Part shown: positions 18,165 to 26,738 of the stretch, piece by piece | Numbering within the stretch: position 1 is the stretch's first letter | Layout of the letters: the number at the start of each line of letters is the position of its first letter | Notes under the pieces: model-generated | Told to the model about the DNA's origin: nothing | Databases searched by the model: none | What the model saw: the letters and a program-made list of their open reading frames with translations, nothing else | Position numbers and translations under genes: made by a program | Origin: an uncultured Christensenella sp. | GTDB lineage: Bacteria; Bacillota; Clostridia; Christensenellales; UBA1750 | Length of the DNA: 64,000 nt | Reading direction: 5' to 3' | NCBI GenBank assembly: GCA_948468595.1 | Contig: CAOKIU010000006.1 | Coordinates: 2,527-66,526 of the forward strand

Positions 18165-19049
18165 GTGAAGAGAAGCGCGGCGGTTCTCGCGGCGGTCCTG
18201 GCGCTGGTCTTCGGCCTGACCGGCTGCCTCAACAAGGGGAAGGCGGGCGGAATCCAAACCATCACCGCCCAGGAGGGCAAGCGGATGCTGGAGGAGGAAA
18301 CGGACATCCTCCTTCTGGATGTGCGGCGCGCGGACGAGTTTGCCGCGGAGCACATCGCGGGCGCCCTCAACGTGCCCAACGAGAGCATTGGCGACGCGCG
18401 CCCGGATCAGCTGCCCAGCCTGGACGCCGGCATCATCGTCTACTGCCGCACCGGCGTGCGCAGCAAAGAAGCCGCGCAAAAGCTGAAGGACCTGGGCTAC
18501 AGCCGCGTCTATGACATGGGCGGCATTGTGGATTGGCCCTACGATACGGTCAAGCCCGGGGAATCGCCCGCCCCGTCTTCGCCGCCGGAGGACGGCATTC
18601 TCAGCGCGTTTGAGACCACATCGCTCAGTGGCGAGGCAGCGGACGCATCCATCTTTGCGGACTATGCGGTGACGATGATCAACGTCTGGGCGACGTTTTG
18701 CGGCCCGTGCATCCAGGAAATGCCCTCCCTTAAGGAGCTTTCGGAGGAGTATGCGCCAAAGGGCGTGCGCGTGGTGGGCCTGGTGTCCGACGCGCTCAAC
18801 TACGATGGCTCCATCAGCGATGAACAGGTGGAGGCGGCCAAGGAGATCGTGGACAAGACGGGCGCGGACTACCTGCACCTGCTGCCCTCCAAGGACTTGA
18901 CGGGCCTGCTCTCGCAAATTCGAGGGGTGCCCACCACGTTCTTTGTCGATCACGCGGGGCGCCAGGTGGGCAAGACGTACCTGGGCGCCAAGAGCCAGGC
19001 GGATTGGGGCAAAATTCTGGATCAAATCCTGGAGGAGGCGGCAAAGTGA
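18165..19049 (+). CDS. lipoprotein fusing a rhodanese domain to a TlpA/ResA-like thioredoxin-fold domain
   Basis: GTG start after AAGGAGGA; lipobox LTGC; rhodanese active-site loop YCRTGVRS; thioredoxin WATFCGPC motif. Confidence 0.75.
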   Translation: MKRSAAVLAAVLALVFGLTGCLNKGKAGGIQTITAQEGKRMLEEETDILLLDVRRADEFAAEHIAGALNVPNESIGDARPDQLPSLDAGIIVYCRTGVRSKEAAQKLKDLGYSRVYDMGGIVDWPYDTVKPGESPAPSSPPEDGILSAFETTSLSGEAADASIFADYAVTMINVWATFCGPCIQEMPSLKELSEEYAPKGVRVVGLVSDALNYDGSISDEQVEAAKEIVDKTGADYLHLLPSKDLTGLLSQIRGVPTTFFVDHAGRQVGKTYLGAKSQADWGKILDQILEEAAK

Positions 19050-19192
19050 GGTTTTGGCGCAGGTATGGCGCGGCCGTGCTGCTGCTGGCCCTGGGCGCGT
19101 GCTTCCTGCTGCTGGGCGTGCGGCGGGGGGAGGCGGAGACGGTGCTGCGCAAGGCCGTCAACATCTGCATGGAGTGCATCGGCCTTGGGTAA
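19046..19192 (+). CDS. CD1871A-family CXXC-motif micro-protein (single TM helix)
   Basis: GTG 19046 overlaps the upstream stop (GTGA). 48 aa with one TM helix, then the family-typical C-terminus AVNICMECIGLG. Confidence 0.65.
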   Translation: MRFWRRYGAAVLLLALGACFLLLGVRRGEAETVLRKAVNICMECIGLG

Positions 19193-19235
19193 ATTGTTTT
19201 CCCGGCTGAGGCGCAACGCGCGCACCGCCATCCAG

Positions 19236-20042
19236 ATGGTCTTTTTCGCCCTCTCCAACGGTTACGCCGCCGGTTTTTGGAGAGGGAATATTTACAAGGG
19301 GCCGGGGAAGTTCGTCTGCGTGCCGGGACTGAACTGCTATTCCTGCCCCGGCGCGCTGGGCGCCTGCCCCATCGGCGCCCTTCAGGCCGTGCTGAGCAGC
19401 CGGGAGTACAAATTCGCCTTCTATGTGACGGGATTCTTCCTGCTCTTCGGCGCGTTGCTGGGCCGCCTGGTATGCGGGTTTTTATGCCCGTTCGGCCTTG
19501 TGCAGGATCTTTTGTACAAAATTCCCTTTGCGCGCAAGGTTGCGCGCGTGCCCGGCGACCGGTTTCTCCGGTACGTCAAGTACTTCATCCTGGCGGGGTT
19601 TGTCATCCTGCTGCCGCTGTTTGCGGTGGATATCATTGGCCAGGGACAGCCGTGGTTCTGCAAGTATGTCTGCCCGTCGGGCACGCTGTTTGCCGGCGTC
19701 CCCCTTCTTGCCGCGAATCCGCCGCTGCGGGAGGCGCTGGGCTGGCTCTTTACCTGGAAGGCGGCGATCCTGGCGTCTCTTTTGCTGCTCTCGGCGTTCG
19801 TCTACCGGCCGTTCTGCCGCTATCTGTGCCCGCTGGGCGCGATTTACGGGCTGTTCAACCCTGTGGCGATCTACCGGTTCCAGGTTGATCAGGACAAGTG
19901 CGTTGCCTGTGGCAAGTGCCGGCAAGCCTGCAAGCTCAACCTGGCCGTGAACAAGACGCCCAACAGCGCCGAGTGCATCCGCTGCGGCGACTGCCTGCGC
20001 GCCTGCCCGACGGGCGCTGTGCGCTGGGGGAAACGACGCTAA
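19236..20042 (+). CDS. polytopic membrane 4Fe-4S binding protein (NapH/MauN-like)
   Basis: CYSCPGALGACP, CPFG, CKYVCPSG and CRYLCPLG motifs, plus two C-terminal ferredoxin motifs CVACGKCRQAC and CIRCGDCLRACP. The true start may be a TTG at 19185-19194. Confidence 0.75.
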   Translation: MVFFALSNGYAAGFWRGNIYKGPGKFVCVPGLNCYSCPGALGACPIGALQAVLSSREYKFAFYVTGFFLLFGALLGRLVCGFLCPFGLVQDLLYKIPFARKVARVPGDRFLRYVKYFILAGFVILLPLFAVDIIGQGQPWFCKYVCPSGTLFAGVPLLAANPPLREALGWLFTWKAAILASLLLLSAFVYRPFCRYLCPLGAIYGLFNPVAIYRFQVDQDKCVACGKCRQACKLNLAVNKTPNSAECIRCGDCLRACPTGAVRWGKRR

Positions 20043-20054
20043 AAGGAGGACATC

Positions 20055-20534
20055 ATGGCAAAAGGCAATGCGTCTGTCAGGAGAATGGAAGAGGCGGAGA
20101 TCAAGTCCCGTTTTGCTAAGGACGTTTTAGAAAAACTGCCCGAATGGTTCGGCGACAAAGAAGCGCTGGACGCCTATGTTAGGGAGGTTGCCGGCCTGCC
20201 CTTCTGGGCCGCGTTGAGCGATGGGAAGTGCTTGGGCTTTTTCGCGGTATCAACGCATTACGCCCATACCGGGGAGATTGTGGTCTGCGGCGTGTTGCCC
20301 GAAGCCCAGCATGCCGGCATCGGCAAGGCGCTCTATTATGAGGCGGAGAGCTATTTTCGGGAAACCGGCTGTAAATACGCCGTCGTCAAGACGCTGAGCG
20401 ACCGCGTCGATTTTCAGCCGTATGCGCAGACCAGGCGATTCTATCGCAGCGTGGGCTTTGAACCGCTCATGACGTTGACGGAGATGTGGGACAGCGAAAA
20501 TCCCTGCCTCATCATGCTCAAAACGCTGGTCTGA
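20055..20534 (+). CDS. GNAT family N-acetyltransferase
   Basis: AAAGGAGG before the ATG; QHAGIGKALY acetyl-CoA binding motif; 159 aa. Confidence 0.7.
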   Translation: MAKGNASVRRMEEAEIKSRFAKDVLEKLPEWFGDKEALDAYVREVAGLPFWAALSDGKCLGFFAVSTHYAHTGEIVVCGVLPEAQHAGIGKALYYEAESYFRETGCKYAVVKTLSDRVDFQPYAQTRRFYRSVGFEPLMTLTEMWDSENPCLIMLKTLV

Positions 20535-20572
20535 CCGCGCATTTTGGCGCCCCGCGGGGACTGGGATGCAAA

Positions 20573-20609
20573 GGGGGCGCGCCTTGCCGGGGCGCGCCCT
20601 AGTTTTTTT
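20573..20609 (+). terminator. rho-independent terminator
   Basis: GGGCGCGCC / GGCGCGCCC stem followed by TAGTTTTTTT. Confidence 0.75.
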
Positions 20610-20822
20610 GGTGTAATTTTAGGTATTATTTGTGAAGTAACGCGCATGAATCCACATTTGGAGTATATTGGAACCGAAGGAAACAGAGGAAGATGTTTCC
20701 TTCGGTTTGTGTTTAGGTTGCACGATATGCGATGGGACAGCGATTGGATGAAGGGCAAAACTGCCGCGCGTGCGCAACTTCGCATCGCTCGTTGGATAGA
20801 CTTGGACGGGAGAGAGATAGAA

Positions 20823-21638
20823 ATGGAACAAAGGCTTAGGAAGTTTAAGGGTTGGGCGCCGCGCGCCATGATTGCTGCGGCTGTTCTTTTGATGGTGGCG
20901 GTGGAGTGGTTGTTCCACGCGCCGGACATGCTGTTTCGCCATCCCTTTGGAGATTCGCCGCTGTTCCCGTTGTGGTCGCTCTGGTTAGAGGACTGGGCGA
21001 CCTACGGCTTTCAATTCGCGCTGTTCATCCCCATTGGCGTGCTGCTGTGGCGCTTTTGCGCGCATGACCGGCAGTGGTTTGCGATGGTGATGGGCGCGAT
21101 GCTCCTATGGGAGATCTTCCAGCCGGTGTTGGAAATCGACTACTTTCGCCTCTACAATCTGCTGGCCGCGGCTTTGGGGCTGCTTGCGGGGCTGATGTGG
21201 AACGCGGCGCTGAACTGGGCGTCGGGGAGAAGGGCCGCGCTGTGGGCGATGCTGGTCGTGGGCGCGGGCGTGGCGCTGGCGGCGGAAAACATGCGCGTTC
21301 ACGGCTATACGCCTTATGAGGCGGTGACGCTTCCCTACCGCGAATACGGGTACGTAGTACAGGTCATCCTGTGGTACGGCGTGCTGGCGGGCAAGGCGGT
21401 GTGCCTGTCCAGCATTGCCGCGGGGCTCGGCGAGAAAAAGTGGAGGGTTTGGCTCTGCGCGGCTTTGTTGTGCTTGACCGCGCCCAGGGACCTGTGGCTG
21501 CGCGGAATGATCGCCCCTTTGCGCTTTTTGCCCTACGGACTTTGCGCGGCGGGCTTCGCGCTCTTTGACACGGCCTTCCTTTTTTCCGGTTCCGGGGCGC
21601 GGCAAGGGCAGGAGCCCGCGAAGGAAACTGCGGTATGA
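20823..21638 (+). CDS. polytopic membrane protein, unknown family (paralogue A)
   Basis: Start set at ATG 20823 (MEQRLRKFKGW...) after GGGAGAGAG; about 55% identical by eye to the product of 22439-23260. Confidence 0.6.
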   Translation: MEQRLRKFKGWAPRAMIAAAVLLMVAVEWLFHAPDMLFRHPFGDSPLFPLWSLWLEDWATYGFQFALFIPIGVLLWRFCAHDRQWFAMVMGAMLLWEIFQPVLEIDYFRLYNLLAAALGLLAGLMWNAALNWASGRRAALWAMLVVGAGVALAAENMRVHGYTPYEAVTLPYREYGYVVQVILWYGVLAGKAVCLSSIAAGLGEKKWRVWLCAALLCLTAPRDLWLRGMIAPLRFLPYGLCAAGFALFDTAFLFSGSGARQGQEPAKETAV

Positions 21639-22020
21639 AGTCGCCGCTGCTCCTGAAAACGGCGAAGAGATGGGAGAGCGGCGAGAGCGCGGCCGGGGAC
21701 ATTGCGCCGCGGGACGGCGGCGCTCAGGAAGGCGAGATCCCTGGAGGCATTTGGGCTGCTTCGACTTAGAGGCCCCCTGCCGCGAGCGCCTGGCGGACGT
21801 GCCCTAAAGGCCGTGGCATCCCGCCCGCCAAACGCTAATGGAGGACGCCAGGATTCCTATTTGTGCTTTTTCTTGCGTCCTTTGTGAAAAGGATTGCGTG
21901 GAGGCGTATTTGCAGTATTATGTAAATCAGATGGAATGAGAGAGGGCGCTTCCGATGGTTTAAGTTCTTTGGTCTATTCCTCACATTTGGATGTCGGTTC
22001 AAGGGGTGAGGGGAAAGAAT

Positions 22021-22389
22021 ATGAAACGCACACTTACCAGTATGGTGCTAGCCGTTTTGCTCGTTGCGATGTGGGTAACCCCAATTTTGCAAAGGCAAGT
22101 CAGCCCACGACCGAGAGAATTGGTGAGAGCCAAATAGGTGCGGCGGTAGTGTCTTATGATTACGCATTTGAAGTCTTTTACAATCTATTGTTATGAATGG
22201 AATGACAATGGTGGGGTTTCATTGGCAACTTCTTATTATGTGAGTGGGCCGACAGATAGCGTTGGCATGATTGAGAGTGGGAAAATCGCATTCAAGAACC
22301 TAGACAAAAACAAGAAGTATTACTTCCAATTTATGAAGACGCAAGATGATGTCCCTGCTTTTTTGTACGCAAAGATCTCTAATAGCTGA
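22021..22389 (+). pseudogene. disrupted small secreted-protein gene
   Basis: ATG 22021 encodes the signal peptide MKRTLTSMVLAVLLVAMWVTP, then stops at 22135 and 22147. Coding-like text continues in a second frame (about 22090-22196), then returns to the first frame from 22156 to TGA 22389. Confidence 0.45.
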
Positions 22390-22397
22390 CGAACCTA

Positions 22398-22440
22398 ATT
22401 TAATCTATGGGAGCGTTTAAAACGCTTCCATAGATTAAAT
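22398..22440 (+). terminator. 20-bp hairpin (one G-U pair) between the disrupted small gene and paralogue B
   Basis: ATTTAATCTATGGGAGCGTT / AACGCTTCCATAGATTAAAT; the 3-prime arm contains the first two bases of ATG 22439-22441. Confidence 0.5.
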
Positions 22441-23260
22441 GTTTAAGGAGTTGTTCGATTTGAAATATAGATCCTCAAATTCCCGCCGGCGAGTCGCTGA
22501 AATGATCATTTTGGTTTATCTTGTCATGCTCGTTACAGTTGAATGGGTATTCCATATCCCGAAAAATGAGCAGATGTATCCTTTGTTAAAATCGCCGGTG
22601 TTTATGATGCGGGAACTTTGGATGGAGGACTGGGCAACATATTGCGTACTCTTTGGGTTGGCGGTTCCCGTGGGTGTAATCCTTTGGCGTTTCTGTGCGC
22701 AAGGGTGGCGCTGGTTCGCGATGATGCTGGGTGTGCTCTTGGTTTGGGAAATTGCGCAGCCGTTTTTAAGCGTGGACTATTTTCGTTTGTACGATCTGGT
22801 AGCAGTGGGCTTGGGGTTGCTCACGGGCAAGCTATGGAATGCGATCTTAAACATCAGTACGGAGTATAAATGGGTGTTGTATGTCCTCCTGCTGGTTGGC
22901 GTAGTCGTTGCGCTCGCGGCAGAAAACATGACTTACTACAGCTACTCCGCATATGAGGCGATGACGCACCGTTATATTGAGCGGCAAAAAATTGTACAAG
23001 CCATCCTCTGGTACGGCGTGCTGGCGGGCAAGGCGGTGTGCCTGTCCAGTGTTGCCTCTGCGATCAGCGATAAGAGGTGGACGATATGGCTGTGTGCACT
23101 GCTGCTGTGCATGACCATGCCAAGAGATGTATGGCTGCCCGCCATGAGCGCCCCTTGGCACCTGATATCCTATATGCTTTGCGCGGCAGTCTTCGCCATC
23201 CTGGGAAACGTTCTTCTGCTCGGGAGGGCTGGACAGTCGCAGGTGAAGCGCTCTGCGTAG
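22439..23260 (+). CDS. polytopic membrane protein, unknown family (paralogue B, low-GC copy)
   Basis: 273 aa collinear with paralogue A (VEWxFHxP...WxEDWATY...VxLWRFCA...WEIxQPxLxxDYFRLY...ILWYGVLAGKAVCLSS). The start is uncertain (ATG 22439 or 22502). Confidence 0.6.
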   Translation: MFKELFDLKYRSSNSRRRVAEMIILVYLVMLVTVEWVFHIPKNEQMYPLLKSPVFMMRELWMEDWATYCVLFGLAVPVGVILWRFCAQGWRWFAMMLGVLLVWEIAQPFLSVDYFRLYDLVAVGLGLLTGKLWNAILNISTEYKWVLYVLLLVGVVVALAAENMTYYSYSAYEAMTHRYIERQKIVQAILWYGVLAGKAVCLSSVASAISDKRWTIWLCALLLCMTMPRDVWLPAMSAPWHLISYMLCAAVFAILGNVLLLGRAGQSQVKRSA

Positions 23261-23333
23261 GAGGCCCCAGGGTTGGAAGATATTGAGAGTTCATCCATTG
23301 CGTTAATCGCTTTCCGGGAGAAGGCAACAGAGT

Positions 23334-23366
23334 AAGAGGAGCGTTCCTACGCGGAACGCTCCTCTT
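23334..23366. terminator. bidirectional terminator hairpin between paralogue B and clpB
   Basis: AAGAGGAGCGTTCC / GGAACGCTCCTCTT 14-bp stem with a 5-nt loop. Confidence 0.65.
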
Positions 23367-23368
23367 AT

Positions 23369-25963
23369 TTATTTGGTCGTGGCGGTGAGATTGCCGCCAT
23401 CGCAGTCGATCTGGATGACGCTGCCATGGTGCAGGTCCTCGGCAATGATCTTGCGGGCGATGAGGGTTTCGACCTTGGATTGCAGGAAGCGCTTGAGCGG
23501 CCGCGCGCCGTAGACGGGGTCAAAGCCCGCCTCCACGATGTAGTCCTTGGCGCGGTCGGTCAGCTGCACGTCCAGCTGCTTGTCCTTGAGCCGGCGCTTC
23601 AGGTCCGCAAGCAGCAGGTCCACAATGCCGAAGATCTCCTCCTTGAGCAGGGGCTTGTAGAAGACGATCTCGTCGATGCGGTTGAGGAACTCGGGCCGGA
23701 ACTGCGATTTGAGCAGGTCCTCCACGCGCGCCTTGGCCGAGGCGGAAATGCGGCCGTCCTCAATGCCCTCCAGGATGAACTGGGAGCCCAGGTTGGAGGT
23801 TAGGATGATGATGGTGTTCTTAAAGTCCACCGTGCGGCCCTGCGAGTCGGTGATGCGGCCGTCGTCGAGCACCTGCAAAAGGATGTTGAACACATCCGGG
23901 TGCGCCTTTTCGATCTCGTCAAAGAGCACCACGGAATAGGGCTTCTTGCGCACCGCCTCGGTCAGCTGGCCGCCCTCCTCGTAGCCCACGTACCCCGGAG
24001 GCGCGCCGATCAAGCGGGAGACGGAGTACTTTTCCATGTACTCGGTCATGTCGATGCGCACCAGGTTGCGCTCGTCGTCAAAGAGCACCTGCGCCAGGGC
24101 CTTGGCAAGCTCGGTCTTGCCCACGCCCGTGGGGCCCAGGAACAGGAAGGAGCCGATGGGCCGGTCGGGGTCCTGAATTCCCGCGCGCGAGCGCAGGATC
24201 GCCTCGCTGACCTTGAGCACGGCCTCGTCCTGGCCGATGACGCGCTCATGCAGGATGCTCTCCATGGAAAGCAGCTTTTCGCGCTCGCCCTCCATCAGCT
24301 TGGAGACGGGGATGCCCGTCCAGCGGCCGATGATCTTGGCGATCTCCTCCTCGGTCACGCGGTCGCGCAGCAGCGTGCGCTTGCCGCCCTCGGCGTTTCG
24401 CTCCTCTTCCTCCAGCTCCTTTTGCAGCTTGGGCAGGCGGCCGTACTTGATCTCCGCGGCGCGGTTTAGGTCGTATTCGCGCTCCGCCTTCTCCATTTCG
24501 GCGTTGAGCTGCTCGATCTCCTCGCGAATCCTCTGCACCTTGCCGATGTCGCTCTTCTCGTTTTCCCACCTGGCCTTCATGGAGCGGAATTGCGCCCGCA
24601 TGTCGGCCAGCTCCTTTTGAATGTCGTTTAGGTGCTCCTGGGAGAGGGTGTCCGTCTCCTTTTTGAGCGCCGCCTCCTCAATCTCGTGCCGCATGATCTT
24701 GCGGTTGAGCTCGTCCATTTCCGCGGGCATGGAGTCCATTTCGCTGCGGATCATGGCGCAGGCCTCGTCGACCAGGTCGATGGCCTTATCCGGCAGGAAG
24801 CGATCCGTGATATAGCGGTTGGAGAGCGTCGCCGCCGCAATGAGCGCCTGGTCCTGAATCTTGACGCCGTGGAACACCTCGTAGCGCTCCTTGAGGCCGC
24901 GCAGGATGGATACGGTGTCCTCCACCGTGGGCTCGGCCACCATCACCGGCTGGAAGCGGCGCTCCAGCGCGGCGTCCTTTTCGATGTATTTGGCGTATTC
25001 GTTCAGCGTCGTGGCGCCGATGCAGTGCAGCTCGCCCCTGGCCAGCATGGGCTTTAACAGGTTGCCCGCGTCCATGCTGCCCTCGGTCTTGCCCGCGCCC
25101 ACAATGGTGTGCAGCTCGTCGATAAAGAGGATGATCTCGCCGTTGGACTTCTTGACCTCGGAGAGCACGGCCTTTAGGCGCTCTTCAAACTCCCCGCGGA
25201 ACTTTGCGCCCGCAATCAGCGCGCCCATGTCCAGCGAGAAGAGCTTGCGGTCCTTTAGCGACGAGGGCACGTCCCCGCGCACGATGCGCTGGGCCAGGCC
25301 CTCGGCAATGGCCGTCTTGCCCACGCCGGGCTCGCCGATGAGGCAGGGGTTGTTCTTGGTCTTTCTGGACAGGATGCGTATGACGTTGCGGATCTCCTCG
25401 TCGCGGCCGATGACGGGGTCGAGCTTATGGCTCCTGGCCAGCGCCACCAGGTCCTGGCCATACTTGACCAGCGCGTCGTAGGTATCCTCCGGGGTATCGG
25501 AGGTCACGCGCGTGTTGCCGCGCACCGCCTTGAGCGCCTCCAGGAACTTTTCCCGGGTGATGGAATGGGTCTTAAAAATGTCCTTTACGTCTCTGTCCGG
25601 ATTCTCCATCAGGCCCAGCAGCAGGTGCTCGACCGAGACGTACTCATCCGCCATGCGGTCGGCCTGCTTCTGCGCGGCGTTCAGGGCGCGGTCCACATCC
25701 GGGGAGATGTAGACCTTGTCCGGCTCGCGGCCGGGGCCGGTGACCTTGGGCAGCTTGGATACCGCCGCCTGCGCCGCGGCCTTGACCGCCTCGGGCTCTG
25801 CGCCCATCTTGGTCAAAAGCTGCGGGATCAGCCCGCTTTCCTGCGCCAGCAGCGCATAGATTAGGTGCGCCTGCTCGATCTGCATGTTGCCGTATTCAAT
25901 GGTCAGGGCCTGCGCGTCCTGAACGGCCTCCCTGGATTTTTGCGTCAGTTTGTTGATGTCCAT
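23369..25963 (-). CDS. clpB: ATP-dependent chaperone ClpB
   Basis: 864 aa; Clp N-domain, two AAA+ modules ([16 protein letters not shown]), long coiled-coil middle domain. Confidence 0.95.
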   Translation of the reverse strand: MDINKLTQKSREAVQDAQALTIEYGNMQIEQAHLIYALLAQESGLIPQLLTKMGAEPEAVKAAAQAAVSKLPKVTGPGREPDKVYISPDVDRALNAAQKQADRMADEYVSVEHLLLGLMENPDRDVKDIFKTHSITREKFLEALKAVRGNTRVTSDTPEDTYDALVKYGQDLVALARSHKLDPVIGRDEEIRNVIRILSRKTKNNPCLIGEPGVGKTAIAEGLAQRIVRGDVPSSLKDRKLFSLDMGALIAGAKFRGEFEERLKAVLSEVKKSNGEIILFIDELHTIVGAGKTEGSMDAGNLLKPMLARGELHCIGATTLNEYAKYIEKDAALERRFQPVMVAEPTVEDTVSILRGLKERYEVFHGVKIQDQALIAAATLSNRYITDRFLPDKAIDLVDEACAMIRSEMDSMPAEMDELNRKIMRHEIEEAALKKETDTLSQEHLNDIQKELADMRAQFRSMKARWENEKSDIGKVQRIREEIEQLNAEMEKAEREYDLNRAAEIKYGRLPKLQKELEEEERNAEGGKRTLLRDRVTEEEIAKIIGRWTGIPVSKLMEGEREKLLSMESILHERVIGQDEAVLKVSEAILRSRAGIQDPDRPIGSFLFLGPTGVGKTELAKALAQVLFDDERNLVRIDMTEYMEKYSVSRLIGAPPGYVGYEEGGQLTEAVRKKPYSVVLFDEIEKAHPDVFNILLQVLDDGRITDSQGRTVDFKNTIIILTSNLGSQFILEGIEDGRISASAKARVEDLLKSQFRPEFLNRIDEIVFYKPLLKEEIFGIVDLLLADLKRRLKDKQLDVQLTDRAKDYIVEAGFDPVYGARPLKRFLQSKVETLIARKIIAEDLHHGSVIQIDCDGGNLTATTK

Positions 25964-26011
25964 AAGCTCTCTCCTTTCTAAAAGAGGTTCTATTGGCTGC
26001 GCCGCGGCCCG

Positions 26012-26674
26012 CTACAGGAGCAGCTGCGCGGACTTTATATAGTTGCGGTAGATGGACTCCATCTGGGGGAAGGCGGCTGCGGGGTCGCCGCCCAGGGAGA
26101 AATAGCTCTTGATCGCCGCGTCGAACATGCGGATGTATCCGCTCATGCCGTCGGCCAGGCGCCGCTCGTCCAGCTCCTCCTCGCCCTGCGGCGCGAAGGC
26201 GCGAATGAACTTCCCTTCCTCAATGGCGTATTCGCACGGGGCAAGGTTGAGCTTGGCGCGATAGTGCGCCTCCAGCTTTACCCAGAGCTGGAAAAAACCC
26301 GTGAGCATATCGATCAGCGGCTGGCTCTGCGTGCGGAAGGAGACCTTCAGCGCCCCCACGGTGCGCGTTTTCTCGCGGTAGAGCTCCACGCTGTAGCGGA
26401 TGGTGGGCTTGTACTTGTAACGCAGGGCCGAGCGGATGGTGAGCATCGCCTCGGAGGGCTGCGGCTGAATTTGGAAGCTCTCCACGCCCTGCATCAGCCG
26501 CTCCATTTCCTCAAAGACGGCGCGCATGCGCATCTCCGGCGTGGTATAGCGGACGTATTGCGCCAAAATTTGGTTGATTAGATTGGACCGGGAGGTGCCC
26601 ATCTCATAGGCCAGTTTGTCCACCTCGCCGACCACATTATCCATCAGCACCAGGGAATAAACGCTCTTGTTCAT
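26012..26674 (-). CDS. hypothetical protein with N-terminal ribbon-helix-helix-like (CopG/Arc-type) segment
   Basis: AGGAGG 7 nt before the ATG at 26674. The N-terminus SVYSLVLMDNVVGEVDKLAYEMGTSRSNLINQILAQYV fits a strand-helix-helix pattern. The remaining ~170 aa are unrecognised; 48 nt upstream of clpB. Confidence 0.6.
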   Translation of the reverse strand: MNKSVYSLVLMDNVVGEVDKLAYEMGTSRSNLINQILAQYVRYTTPEMRMRAVFEEMERLMQGVESFQIQPQPSEAMLTIRSALRYKYKPTIRYSVELYREKTRTVGALKVSFRTQSQPLIDMLTGFFQLWVKLEAHYRAKLNLAPCEYAIEEGKFIRAFAPQGEEELDERRLADGMSGYIRMFDAAIKSYFSLGGDPAAAFPQMESIYRNYIKSAQLLL

Positions 26675-26710
26675 GCGTCCGCCTCCTTTCTTCATTTGAC
26701 TTCGAATACT

Positions 26711-26738
26711 ATTGTAACACGTTTAAATAATTTGTCAA
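26711..26738 (-). promoter_or_regulatory. strong extended -10 promoter for the RHH-protein-clpB unit
   Basis: Minus strand: TTGACA, 16 nt spacer, TGTTACAAT. Confidence 0.65.

Noticed and set aside
20544-20822. Start of membrane paralogue A at 20544, as in the ORF track.
   Set aside because: The first part overlaps the GNAT terminator and an AT-rich leader containing a perfect hairpin, and paralogue B has no equivalent. ATG 20823 aligns with the conserved N-terminus. An intermediate start at 20646 cannot be fully excluded.
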